This document shows, piece after piece, positions 35,762 through 46,547 of a stretch of 64,000 nucleotides of DNA. Source of the DNA: Neoechinorhynchus agilis (lineage: Eukaryota > Animalia > Acanthocephala); NCBI GenBank assembly GCA_051530055.1, contig CM121341.1, positions 17,152,784 through 17,216,783 of the forward strand, in the 5' to 3' direction. The notes under the pieces are model-generated. The model saw nothing but the letters and a program-made list of their open reading frames with translations, ran no database searches and was not told where the DNA came from. The position numbers and the translations under genes are program-made. How positions within the stretch are numbered: the stretch's first letter is position 1; each line of letters begins with the position of its first letter.

Positions 35762-35972
35762 TATATTTTGTTTGGTGATAGAGATTAATTTATTGATCTC
35801 CTTTTACAATATTTCATCAGTCTCGTCGGACGTCTTCAGGTCTAAAAGGTAGGTCAGGATAGAATAAAACCACCCTGACTTACCTTTTAGACCTGAATAA
35901 GTCCGAAGAGACGGACAAATTATTGAAAAAGGAAATCAATAAATTAATCTCTATATCACCAAACAAAATATA
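35762..35972. mobile_element. Fold-back PLE-type insertion with hammerhead motifs in both arms (minus-strand core intact, plus-strand core decayed)
   Basis: ~97-bp arms 35762-35858 and 35874-35972. Minus strand: CUGAAGA-C-GUCCG(ACGAGA)CUGAU-GAAA-UAU-U. No clear TSD. Confidence 0.7.
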
Positions 35973-36369
35973 ACTTGCCTATTACATTACCAATAAGATA
36001 ATGCCAATTTCGATGCATGACTATCCTTTTACGGTTTGCGATACTAACTGATATCAGCGATGTTATTAACTTTAAAGTACAAATTGAGGAATGGAAGATA
36101 ATCCGATGGTTTGTCTCGCTTCACCTTATTCCCTTCAGTAGACACTTCATAGATACCATTATGATTTTATTGTTTTAAAAGCAACCGGTTTCAATTTATT
36201 TCATCGCTATTGTTTTACCAGCTTAATCGATTTTCAGACTAGGTTGAAATCGCTACTGTGTCCGTATATAAGATTCTTCACTTGATATAAAAATATTTGG
36301 CTACCATTTTCATCGGTTTATTCAGAAGATTTTAGACGCTTTGTGATGTAGTTTCGATCGAGATCAATC

Positions 36370-36418
36370 GGCCTCGTGGCGCAATGGATAACGCGCCTGA
36401 CTACGGATCAGGAGATTC
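36370..36418 (+). pseudogene. 3'-truncated tRNA-Arg(ACG) ending at the first base of the T-stem
   Basis: GGCCTCGTGGCGCAATGGATAACGCGCCTGACTACGGATCAGGAGATTC has an intact D arm and anticodon arm (CCTGA/TCAGG) but no T arm or 3' acceptor strand. Confidence 0.85.
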
Positions 36419-37049
36419 ACAAATGTTCTCGAAAAAGTGCCATAAAAAATTGGCTAAGGAATTAGAAGGCGAGAATTGAGCAATTCCTACTGAGAATTGC
36501 TCATTAGTAGTTTCGATGGTTCAATCCATCGCTAGTTAATAAATAGTTGGGCTTTTCGTGTTTTATAGAAAAAATGGAAACTGCCAAGCAATTAAACGCG
36601 TTGACAAAAACGCTCACTTATTTACAAAATTTTGATTTGCTCTCATTTAAAACGCTCGCTGTCACAATTCGTCTTGTCGCAAAAGAAAACCAATATCGAA
36701 CACTCGAGCAAATCGCTTCCATGGTTCATTGAATTTATGAACGAAACAAGTCGAACCTTCTTGATCAAAATTGTGGTGAAAAGTGTTGAAAGGCGTTTTG
36801 ATTGTTTGATGAAGATCTTATAAAGACATTTGGCGAGCGAGGGGAAATCAGCTGCGCAAATTTTAGAGGCGCTTCTAAAAATCGCTTCAAGGCGACGAAT
36901 TATTGATTTGAACAGTTTGCAAAATATAGGATTACCGTAGGCGAGGGAGGGTCACAAACAATGATAAATGGTGATAGAGAATAACAGTTCATTAATCTTC
37001 TGGGTAATTCTACTTCGACCGAAAAACAATTTTATCCATACCTCAGACA

Positions 37050-37620
37050 GGAGGATTTTTGAACTATAAAGCAAATGACGATCGACTTTATCATAGTTTA
37101 GAATGTTATAAGACAAATTATGTTTGCCGATGATTTAAAAAAGAATATGAATGTAAAGAGAATTTTAGTTCCAGACAGTATTTCTTCGTCGATTCTAAAT
37201 CTCCGCAGGATTGACTAAATGAATGTCGATTAATTGTCACCTTGGTACGAAAAAGAAAATCGTATCCTTTAGGTATAGGGGCCGGAGCTCGTCAAGTCCA
37301 TGAGATGATCCGTTAGCAAACGAGGAGACTGCAATCTTCCTTCTGATTTGGATGATAAAAATCAGGAATCGTATTGAAGGATGAGGATCTTTTGAAATAC
37401 TATCGACCGCCGTCACTGGGACCTTTAGAGCGAAGATCTAGAAAAGTTTCTTCGTCTATAAAAGGCGAAAAGTTCCTCTGGCACCTTTCCGTCTGCGAGC
37501 TTTAAAGAAACGTGCTCAGTAAGCGAGCGATTTGAATTTCTGGGTTGAGGTTATGCCAAAGAAACCAGCAACCGTTAAAAGTTTGCCATTGAATCAATGA
37601 GTATCGATTAACTGTATCTT
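37050..37620 (-). mobile_element. CRE fragment from the region just upstream of the RT core, inverted (second copy ~39.7-40.2 kb)
   Basis: Minus-strand HVSLKLADGKV, DEETFLDLRSKGP and AVSSFANGSSHGLDELRPLYLKD match CRE pre-RT motifs (SF..GSAGG.DGLRP.HLKD). Confidence 0.65.
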
Positions 37621-38430
37621 TGGTAGCGGGAATCAATAACTCTTTAGTTTCAGATTCTCGTGACCTGGTGAACCAAACTCGATTGGCGGCAGTCTCTTCA
37701 AGAGAATCGGGTGCTTGACTCAACGCTCTCCCAATCGCTTATGTGAGTAGCCTTCTCTCCGACGAGACAGTAAAGATCGCAGTGTCCCCGAGACTTGAGG
37801 GAACCGTTGTACACATCCCATTGCTGCCGTTGCAGAGCGACCATGGAACCATCGGGACGCCATGGTCCCGTCTGTCGGCAATCAGGTTGAAGGTACACTC
37901 AAGACACGTCGAAGTGAACGAAATGCTCTTAGTCATGCCCTGAATACTGTGAATGCGCCGAACAACCTACAGCCGAGCAATCTTTGCAGACTGCATGGCC
38001 GCCGTAGACCGGACGGTGTCACAGTATTCCCGTGGCGAGGGGAGGCGAATGCCTTCTCTGGAACCTAACAGTCAGCAAAATAAAATTGGTCGCCGTCAAA
38101 CCGGGGGCGGGAGTAGTATCCGTCGCTCAGGATTGCAAAAAAAGAAAATACAGGGGCCTGAGTCGAAATCACTATTTCTTTCCTTATGGCGTCAGGACAC
38201 TCGGCTCGCTTGCGCGCAGGACCTGGTCAAACAATTGCCGAGAGACCCAGACGAATCACTGGCGATCCGAGATCAGGAACATTCCTCCTACAAAACAAAA
38301 GTCTGGATGTGCAACAGGGGAACGCTGCATCCGTCATTTCGACCGTTACACCAAAGACTGCAGCTGAGTGATCAAGGGCAGTGGTGTAAATATTCGTAAA
38401 TGCCTGTAAAAGCTGCAACTAAAATAAATT
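37620..38430 (+). mobile_element. CRE fragment, post-RT through zinc knuckle and RLE to the 3' end (second copy ~40220-41030)
   Basis: RLAAVSSRESGA*LNALP…VKIAV, RRPDGVTVFPW, KY…YFFPYGV.TLG and GDPRSGTFLLQ…QQGNAASV. Confidence 0.85.
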
Positions 38431-38526
38431 TTGACTTGAATCGAAGAATATTTTGAAAGTGTGATTGTTTTCAAAAACAAGTACGATGATCAATTATTTT
38501 CGAATGTGTTGACAAAACATCTTAGG

Positions 38527-38533
38527 TATAAAA
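38527..38533 (+). promoter_or_regulatory. TATA box of the 167-aa secreted gene (also present upstream of the other copies)
   Basis: TATAAAAG 61 nt upstream of ATG 38588. Confidence 0.5.
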
Positions 38534-38587
38534 GGAGCCGATTCATCGTTCAAAAGTTAACCGTCAATCTCTCATTCGAACGACAAA

Positions 38588-39091
38588 ATGATTGCTTTTC
38601 TTTGCTTGATCGCCTTATTATCAGTCAGCTGCCGTAATCGCCGAGAAATCGCAATAAACAATGAATATTGGAACATCCGTGGAAATGATAGTTTCTCCAG
38701 TTTCGTCCGAGAAATGCTAAAACATGTGGAACAAAAAGAACTACAGCCCAAGTCCATCTTTGTGGTCTTCTACGATTCCGAAGAAACTTCTGAAGCTCTT
38801 AATGAGACGTTTAACAAAATTAAGGATGTCTGCCTGCAAGACAAGTTCGTCAACGAAACACAGCTAATCAGGGCTTTTGTCGAACCATTTGCGGAAGATG
38901 ACTCCGAACCAATACGAAAAAAGGGATCGCTTGTTGTATCGGCATCAAGTGGTGAATACGATGGAAATGAAGAGCATTTCAGTCTTAAATCAGAAGTTCA
39001 TTATTGGTCAAACTTTAATGAGACGTTGTTCACAAATGTTCTCGAAGAGTGCCATAAAAAATTGGCTAAGGAATTAGAAGGCGAGAATTGA
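38588..39091 (+). CDS. Intronless 167-aa secreted protein of unknown family, copy A
   Basis: Hydrophobic signal peptide, RNRR furin-like site, several N-x-S/T sequons, and AATAAA at ~39150. Confidence 0.8.
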   Translation: MIAFLCLIALLSVSCRNRREIAINNEYWNIRGNDSFSSFVREMLKHVEQKELQPKSIFVVFYDSEETSEALNETFNKIKDVCLQDKFVNETQLIRAFVEPFAEDDSEPIRKKGSLVVSASSGEYDGNEEHFSLKSEVHYWSNFNETLFTNVLEECHKKLAKELEGEN

Positions 39092-41193
39092 GCAATTCCT
39101 ACTGAGAATTGCTCATTAGTAGTTTCGATGGTTCAATCCATCGCTAGTTAATAAATAGTTGGGCTTTTCGTGTTTCGTAGAAAAATGGAAACTGCCAAGC
39201 AATTAAACGCGTTGAAAAAAACGCTCACTTATTTACAAAATTTTGATTTGCTCTCATTTAAAACGTTCGCTGCCACAATTCGTCTTGTCGCAAAAGAAAA
39301 CCAATATCGAACACTCGAGCAAATCGCTTCCATGGTTCATTGAGTTTATGAACGAAACAAGTCGAACCTTCTTGGTAAAAATTGTGGTGAAAAGGGTTGA
39401 ATGGCGTTTTGATTGTTTGATGAAAATCTTATAAAGACATTTGGCGAGCGAGGGGAAATCAGCTGTGCAAATTTTAGAGGCGCTTCTAAAAATCGCTTCA
39501 AGGCGACGAATTATTGATTTGAACAGTTTGCAAAATATAGGATTACCATAGGCGAGGGAGGGTCACAAACAATGATAAATGGTGATGGAGAATAACAGTT
39601 CATTAATCTTCTGGGTAATTCTACTTCGACCGAAAAACAATTTTATCCATACCTCAGACGGGAGGATTTTTGAACTATAAAGCAAATGACGATCGACTTT
39701 TAGAATATGTTATAAGACAAATTATGTTTGCCGATGATTTGAAAAAGAATATGAATGTAAAGAGAATTTTAGTTCCAGACAGTATTTCTTCGTCGATTCT
39801 AAATCTCCGCAGGATTGACTAAATGAATGTCGATTAATTGTCACCTTGGTACGAAAAAGAAAATCGTATCCTTTAGGTATAGGGGCCGGAGCTCGTCAAG
39901 TCCATGAGATGATCCGTTAGCAAACGAGGAGACTGCAATCTTCCTTCTGATTTGGATGATAAAAATCAGGAATCGTATCGAAGGATGAGGATCTTTTGAA
40001 ATACTGTCGACCGCTGTCACTGGGACCTTTAGAGCGAAGATCTAGAAAAGTTTCTTCGTCTATAAAAGGCGAAAAGTTCCTCTGGCACCTTTCCGTCTGC
40101 GAGCTTTAAAGAAATTTGCTCAGTAAGCGAGCGATTTGAATTTCTGGGTTGAGTTTATGCCAAAGAAACCAGCAACCGTTAAAAGTTTGCCATTGAATAT
40201 ATGAGTATCGATTAACTGTATCTTTGGTAGCGGGAATCAATAACTCTTTAGTTTCAGATTCTCGTGACCTGGTGAACCAAACTCGATTGGCGGCAGTCTC
40301 TTCAAGAGAATCGGGTGCTTGACTCAACGCTCTCCCAATCGCTTGTGTGAGTAGCCTTCTCTCCGACGACAGTAAAGATCGCAGTGTCCCCGAGAATTGA
40401 GGGAACCGTTGACCACATCCCATTGCTGCCGTTGCAGAGCGCATGGAACCATCGGGACGCCATGGTCCCGTCTGTCGGCAATCAGGTTGAAGGTACACTC
40501 AAGACACGTCGAAGTAAACGAAATGCTCTTAGTCATGCCCTGAATACTGTGAATGCGCCGAACAACCTACAGCCGAGCAATCTTTGCAGACTGCATGGCC
40601 GCCGTAGACCGGACGGTGTCACAGTATTCCCGTGGCGAGGGGAGGCGCAGGTCGCCTCTCTGAACCTAACAGCCGGCAAAATAAAATTGGTCGCCGTCAA
40701 ACCTGGGGCGGGAGTAGTATCCGCCGCTCAGGATTGCAAAAAGACAAAATACCGGGACCTGAGTCGAAATCATTATTTAGTTCCCCTTGGCGTCATGACA
40801 CTCGGCTCGCAGCGTTTGCGCGCAGGACCTGGTCAAACAATTGCCGAGAGGCCCAGGCGAATCACAGGCGATCCGAGATCAGGGTCATTCCTCCTACAAA
40901 ACAAAAGTCTGGCTGTGCAACAGGGGAATCGCTGCATCCGTCATTTCGACCGTTACACCAAAGACCGCAGCCGAGATCAAGGGCAGTGGTGTAAATATTC
41001 GTAAATGCCTGTAAAAGCTGCAACTAAAATAAATTTTGATTTGAATCGAAGAATATTTTGAAAGTGTGATTGTTTTCAAAAACAAGTACGATGATCAATT
41101 ATTTTCGAATGTGTTTGACAAAACATCTTAGGTATAAAAGGAGCCGATTCATCGTCTAAAAGTTAACCGTCAATCTCTCATTCGAACGACAAA

Positions 41194-41695
41194 ATGATTG
41201 CTTTTCTTTGCTTGATCGCCCTTATTATCAGTCAGCTGCCGTAATCGCCGAGAAAACGCAATAAACAATGAATATTGGAACATCCGTGGAAATGATAGTT
41301 TCTCCAGTTTCGTCCGAGAAATGCTAAAACATGTGGAACAAAAAGAACTACAGCCCAAGTCCATCTTTGTATTTCTACGATTCCGAAGAAACTTCTGAAG
41401 CTCTAACGAGACGTTTAACAAAATTAAGGATGTCAGCCTGCAAGACAAGTTCGTCAACGAAACACAGCTAATCAGGGCTTTTGTCGAACCATTTGCGGAA
41501 GATGACTCCGAACGAATACGAAAAAAGGGATCGCTTGTTGTATCGGCATCAAGTGGTGAATACGATGGAAATGAAGAGCATTTCAGTCTTAAATCAGAAG
41601 TTCATTATTGGTCAAACTTTAATGAGACGTTGTTCACAAATGTTCTCGAAGAGTGCCATAAAAAATTGGCTAAGGAATTAGAAGGCGAGAATTGA
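41194..41695 (+). pseudogene. Frameshifted copy B of the 167-aa secreted gene
   Basis: Indels of +1, -2 and -1 relative to copy A; these could partly be assembly error. Confidence 0.75.
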
Positions 41696-42654
41696 GCAAT
41701 TCCTACTGAGAATTGCTCATTAGTAGTTTCGATGGTTCAATCCATCGCTAGTTAATAAATAGTTGGGCTTTTCGTGTTTCGTAGAAAAATGGAAACTGCC
41801 AAGCAATTAAACGCGTTGAAAAAAACGCTCACTTATTTACAAAATTTTGATTTGCTCTCATTTAAAACGTTCGCTGCTACAATTCGTCTTGTCGCAAAAG
41901 AAAACCAATATCGAACACTCGAGCAAATCGCTTCCATGGTTCATTGAGTTTATGAACGAAACAAGTCGAACCTTCTCCGACGAGACAGTAAAGATCGCAG
42001 TGTCCCCGAGACTTGAGGGAACCGTTGTACACATCCCATTGCTGCCGTTGCGAAGCAACCGTTAAAAGTTTGTCGATGACAAATCTGGTGGCAAATTTGA
42101 AAAAGGTCTTATTAAAAACATTTCAAAAAATTATAACGGTGCTTATCAATTTTACTTAAATTCGCGCCGAAAACTGCTATTCTTAGAAGTTAAAAAAATT
42201 TATCGCCTATTTTTATTTTTCAATGTCAAACGGCAGCATTCTCATCGAAATTTTAAAAGACGTCGACCTCGCAAAAAGTTGACGACGATGTTGGTATCTA
42301 AATGTGCCCAAAATTAAATTTTTGTGATTCGGAAATGAAGCAAATAATCATATGTAATTCTTGGTACGTTTGTGTTAAAAAATCATTTCGTTGATTTAAG
42401 ATTCTTCACTGCCACAAAGTTTTTAGATTGGCAATGTTAAATTTTAATCAAAGAATGTTTCAAAATCTTGTAACCTTTCATTGATCGGACATTTGCTTTA
42501 TTGTTGAGAAAATGTGTTTTTGTAAAAGCTCGCATTTATCAATATGAAATATTTTATAAAATGTGATTTCGTCAGATTCCCTGAGCAGCGATTCAGAATG
42601 GAAATACCGGTATAATTCGAGTTGAACATACAAATTGATAAAAGATTTGCGTCA

Positions 42655-43233
42655 CTAACTGACAACAAAAACGCTTTGATGGCAGCCACTGTCAAGCTTG
42701 TCTCTGTTAACATCACAGTCTCCATTTTCCTTTGAAAAACTAAGACAAGTTCCCACACTGATTGCGGACTCGAAAATAACAAAATCTCGATCTCGAAAAC
42801 AACTAAGAATGATCCACTCACATGACTCAGGTGGCGGGCATTGCTCGGGTGGAACATGAAGAATTTCAATCCGTTTGGTTCGTGAATTGTAACAAACGAA
42901 ATTGAAGCTGTTGTGGATTCGTACATGTTCGTTTTGAGCGACATCGATCGCCCACACATTATTGAACATTTCCTGAATTCCATTAGCATCTACAATCATC
43001 GCTCCGTCACTGCTCCTTCTGACAATCTGAACGTACTTATCGGTTGATCTTGACTTGAGACGAACAGTCTTTGAGTTCAAAAGTAGTTTTCGCGGACTCG
43101 GTACCGTTTTGTTGCGATCTCGAACTGTACTTATGATTTTATTTGTAGCATTCACGTAAACACTTCTTACTCCAAGAACATTGGAAAGTTTGTTGGCTTG
43201 CTGTTCAACTTGACTCATCAACCAACGATCCAT
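42655..43233 (-). CDS. Divergent fibroblast growth factor, FGF8/17/18-like core; upstream exon(s) and signal peptide not resolved
   Basis: VRLKSRSTDKYVQI ~ YQLYSRTSGKHVQV; FVCYNSRTKRI ~ YICMNKKGKL; SCEW ~ DCVF; FESA…LSFSKENG ~ LQNA…MAFTRKG. Confidence 0.7.
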   Translation of the reverse strand: MDRWLMSQVEQQANKLSNVLGVRSVYVNATNKIISTVRDRNKTVPSPRKLLLNSKTVRLKSRSTDKYVQIVRRSSDGAMIVDANGIQEMFNNVWAIDVAQNEHVRIHNSFNFVCYNSRTKRIEILHVPPEQCPPPESCEWIILSCFRDRDFVIFESAISVGTCLSFSKENGDCDVNRDKLDSGCHQSVFVVS

Positions 43234-44379
43234 ATTGTTTCTTAGCTCACTTTTCTATGGAGAAGGAATGCGTGCGTCGTAGAGGAGGAATTCTAAGTGC
43301 AAGAGAGAGAAAAAGACGTGTTATATCGACACTTCCACGAGTGCGGGTGGCTTTGCAGCGGAAATTTTCTTGTGCGCTGCAAAAGAGTTTATGTATAACG
43401 AGTTTTTTTCTAGGGAGGTACGCATTATAAGTTCTAGCGAGAAATACCTTTGTTTTATTAAGATTTTGCATACTTCACCTAAAATCTTTAGAAAAACAAA
43501 CAATACATAGAGAGAGACTTTATCAGGCAAATCCTCGGCATCAGATGGGAATAAAATACTTGAGATTTCGAAATCTCTTGGTCGATGGCTGACAAAAACC
43601 AACATCCACTCCCAAAACCGGGATAAATCTCGTTCAAGACAATGAAAGACCATCCATCGCAGTGCCCAATGTCTGAGAACGTAACGAGCTCAAATTGGAT
43701 TGTTCTCCCAGTCAAGAACACATAGACGAATGATAGATATATTTTTTCCATACACGGCCGAATGGACCCTGTATGGGAAAAAGTATCTATCAAAAGACTA
43801 CCGGCTGAGCCACATATAAAAATTGTAAAAAAACATAGACGAATCCCCTAACAATGACGACCATCTGGCTAAAACTAAAATACGAAATAAAAACGTTTTA
43901 AGTTTTAACATAGTTTAAATTCAAGCCCAGAAAATCTTTCCTTAATTATCGAATTGAAAAAGATTATCGTTAAGCGTCTACGTCGTTTAATACTCGGTCC
44001 TACGTAAACAATTTTGATGAAAAATGATATAACAAGAATAAAAGAATGGAAAAGCCTTACAAATAATATTTAAGTCGCTTTTTATTGTTTAGTTCGTTTC
44101 TACAAACCGCGAACGGGACAAACTTTTTAATTTCGCTATCAAGCGTCGTCCGATACTAAAACTGTTTTTAATGAAGAAAACGTTCTTACCATACATCGCT
44201 CTATGTATCTTTCACAAGATCTCAATTCAATGCCGCAGGCAGAGCTTGTCCATCAATCAGCACTAGGAAAACATCGGAGTTTGTGTTTACTCGCGAAATT
44301 CAACAATTAACACGAATAATTCACCACTTTTTCATCGGCGGAGGAACCATCAGTGCCTTTAAGCAGAGCAAAACAATCG

Positions 44380-44760
44380 TAATCCCAATTCATTTCATCC
44401 TCTCTCCCCCCCTCATTTTTTCCATACTGCCCGATCTTCTCGGATAATATGAACCGAAATGAAAAGGAGGAAAGACCCAACCTGGCAAAATATCCTCGAC
44501 CAGCCACCCGACCGAATCCGTAATCCACTCCAAAATCAACATTCATTGAACAAATCAGAAATAGAGTCCCATTGCTTGTTGAGAGGCAACACGGTGAGCA
44601 TTCGGGCGACAATTGATGGCGAGGACGGCTAGGCATTTTTTGCCGGATAAAGATGGAAGTTTACAAAATACACCTAAATTAAATCCATGGTGCTAAGAAG
44701 TGGTTATGAACTGATAAAACATTTTGAGTTAACAAATAAACGTGTTATTATTTATAAGAG
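44380..44760 (+). mobile_element. Diverged CRE 3'UTR-like fragment
   Basis: 44400-44490 resembles the reverse complement of 16250-16380, and the block ends in AATAAACGTGTTATTATT like the 16.1 and 35.1 kb copies. Confidence 0.5.
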
Positions 44761-44845
44761 TTATTAATATATTCATAATTTTTTCTTTCAGTTCACCATC
44801 ATTATTAATAAGAGTATAACGTCATATACACGGAAGAATCCATCA

Positions 44846-45190
44846 ATGAGTGATACTGTCAAGCTGTCATTTTTTGTGATACGCACCAGCGTGCTCGATG
44901 AACAGATTTTCAACCGCACTCCTTGTAATATTCGTCATTTTCGTATTTATGTCATCGGGATATTTTCTCTGTCGCTTGTATCAGTGGATCTGAGTTCTTT
45001 TGTGTATAAATCTATTTTCTGCCCAGATTCATTTGATCTATACGTCAAATGCGCTAGAAGAGGTGGAAGAACGTGGAAGAACATTTATACAGCCTCCGAA
45101 TACGTCCGGATGGATAATCAAGACACGGTGGGGTATGTTGCGGACGGTGGACGAATTACCATTGAGATGCCTTCAGCCTTAGCGGCGTGA
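44846..45190 (+). CDS. Small hypothetical protein (possible intron ~44925-44982; weakly ubiquitin-like)
   Basis: ATG ORF with a frame-compatible GT..CAG intron candidate; C-terminus RMDNQDTVGYVADGGRITIEM. Confidence 0.35.
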   Translation: MSDTVKLSFFVIRTSVLDEQIFNRTPCNIRHFRIYVIGIFSLSLVSVDLSSFVYKSIFCPDSFDLYVKCARRGGRTWKNIYTASEYVRMDNQDTVGYVADGGRITIEMPSALAA

Positions 45191-45333
45191 TTGAACATGT
45201 AAATCTGTCTCTAGAAGTCTGTTATACTTTTATCCGATTAATAAATATTTTAGCCAAGAAAAACACTTGTTGTTCTATCTATTTCAAATTTTTAGGCTTT
45301 GAACTGTTTGGTTCAAAAAATCTTCATGTCTTT

Positions 45334-45505
45334 GATTTTCTTAGTTTTACCGTCTCGGTTTTAAATCTTTGCTAATTTATTTCCCCGGTATTTCACCTCA
45401 TGGATAATTCCGACAATAACAAACCTCAGGAAAATATCGGAATTATCCAAGAGGTAATAAATTATTAAAGATTTAAATCCGAGATGGTAAAACTAAGAAA
45501 AAATC
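45334..45505. repeat. Imperfect fold-back (inverted repeat) element with no recognisable hammerhead core
   Basis: GATTTTCTTAGTTTTACCGTCTCGG…ACCTCATGGATAATTCCGA is mirrored by TCGGAATTATCCAAGAGGT…CCGAGATGGTAAAACTAAGAAAAAATC. Confidence 0.75.
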
Positions 45506-46190
45506 TTAAAAGTGCTTATTTAGGTGTTCGTAGAACGTCTTTAATAAAAAAAACACTATCTCACATATCGACATAAAAAGAAATCTTGAAGCTCTGACCA
45601 ATCATCGTTCGGTAATTGGATTTAAAACCACTTGGATTGGTGCACACGCAATTCTAGGTGATGATTTCGAGATAATTTGACCATTTCTTTTTAGATTATT
45701 AGTTTGAGCCTTTGTTAAATAATGATGAACATTTATTATTCGTTTTTTTTGCGAATTAATTTGTGTTTGTCACAAAATGTCACTAGGTGATGTTTCGATC
45801 TCGAATCTTGAATTACTTTGACCTTTTCAAAAAAGGCTTTGGTCATTTTCCCTTTACCGGCGATTGCCTTGTTAAGTATAGATTAATCGTAGTCTCATGA
45901 TTTTTTATAAATGTTAAGAGATTTTTTAAATTTGAAGGGGCTTTAAAACGTAACCTTTTCAACGCATGGCTTTTAAATGAAATCGAGAAAGGTCTTACAA
46001 TTATTTTTTATAAAAATTAAATTTTTAACTACGGACGTTGTGCAAATTTAGTTAATATCATCACGTTCCGATTCCTTTAGAACCAAAATCACCGTCGTTG
46101 TGGAAGCTAATAAATTTTGTTTTTTTAATACCACTCAAATATAATGGGGAACAAATCTTTAAAAATGCCATTTCCCAACTGTTTCTAGAT

Positions 46191-46547
46191 ATGCTTTTCT
46201 TTTCCTTCTTTAAGACACTTACCGGAAAAGACGTGGTGGTTGAATTAAAAAACGGGCTATCGATTTGTGGTACTTTACACTCAGTTGACCAATACATGAA
46301 CATCCGGCTTCATGACGTATCAGCGATTGATGCCGATCGGTATCCACATTTGCAAATCCTAAAGACTTGCTTTATTCGTGGATCAGTTGTTAGATTTGTC
46401 CAACTACCAGCTGATGATGTTGAATGCGATGTTCTGCAAGATGCTTGCCGCAAAGAAATCGGAAACGTCTCAGATACTGTCTCAAAGACTTCAGAGGCTA
46501 TTATTCATCGAAGAAAACCACAATCGGCGTCACTTTCAAATCAATAA
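46191..46547 (+). CDS. LSM2: U6 snRNA-associated Sm-like protein LSm2 with a short C-terminal extension
   Basis: MLFFSFFKTLTGKDVVVELKNGLSICGTLHSVDQYMNI…CFIRGSVVRFVQLP. Confidence 0.95.
   Translation: MLFFSFFKTLTGKDVVVELKNGLSICGTLHSVDQYMNIRLHDVSAIDADRYPHLQILKTCFIRGSVVRFVQLPADDVECDVLQDACRKEIGNVSDTVSKTSEAIIHRRKPQSASLSNQ

Larger units (their letters stand above)
36416..42072 (+). repeat. Tandem array of a ~2.6-kb composite unit (gene 3' end / L2-like fragment / inverted CRE / forward CRE / secreted gene), ~2.1 units
   Basis: The TTCACAAATGTTCTC anchor recurs at 36416, 39029 and 41633 (periods 2613 and 2604). Confidence 0.95.
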
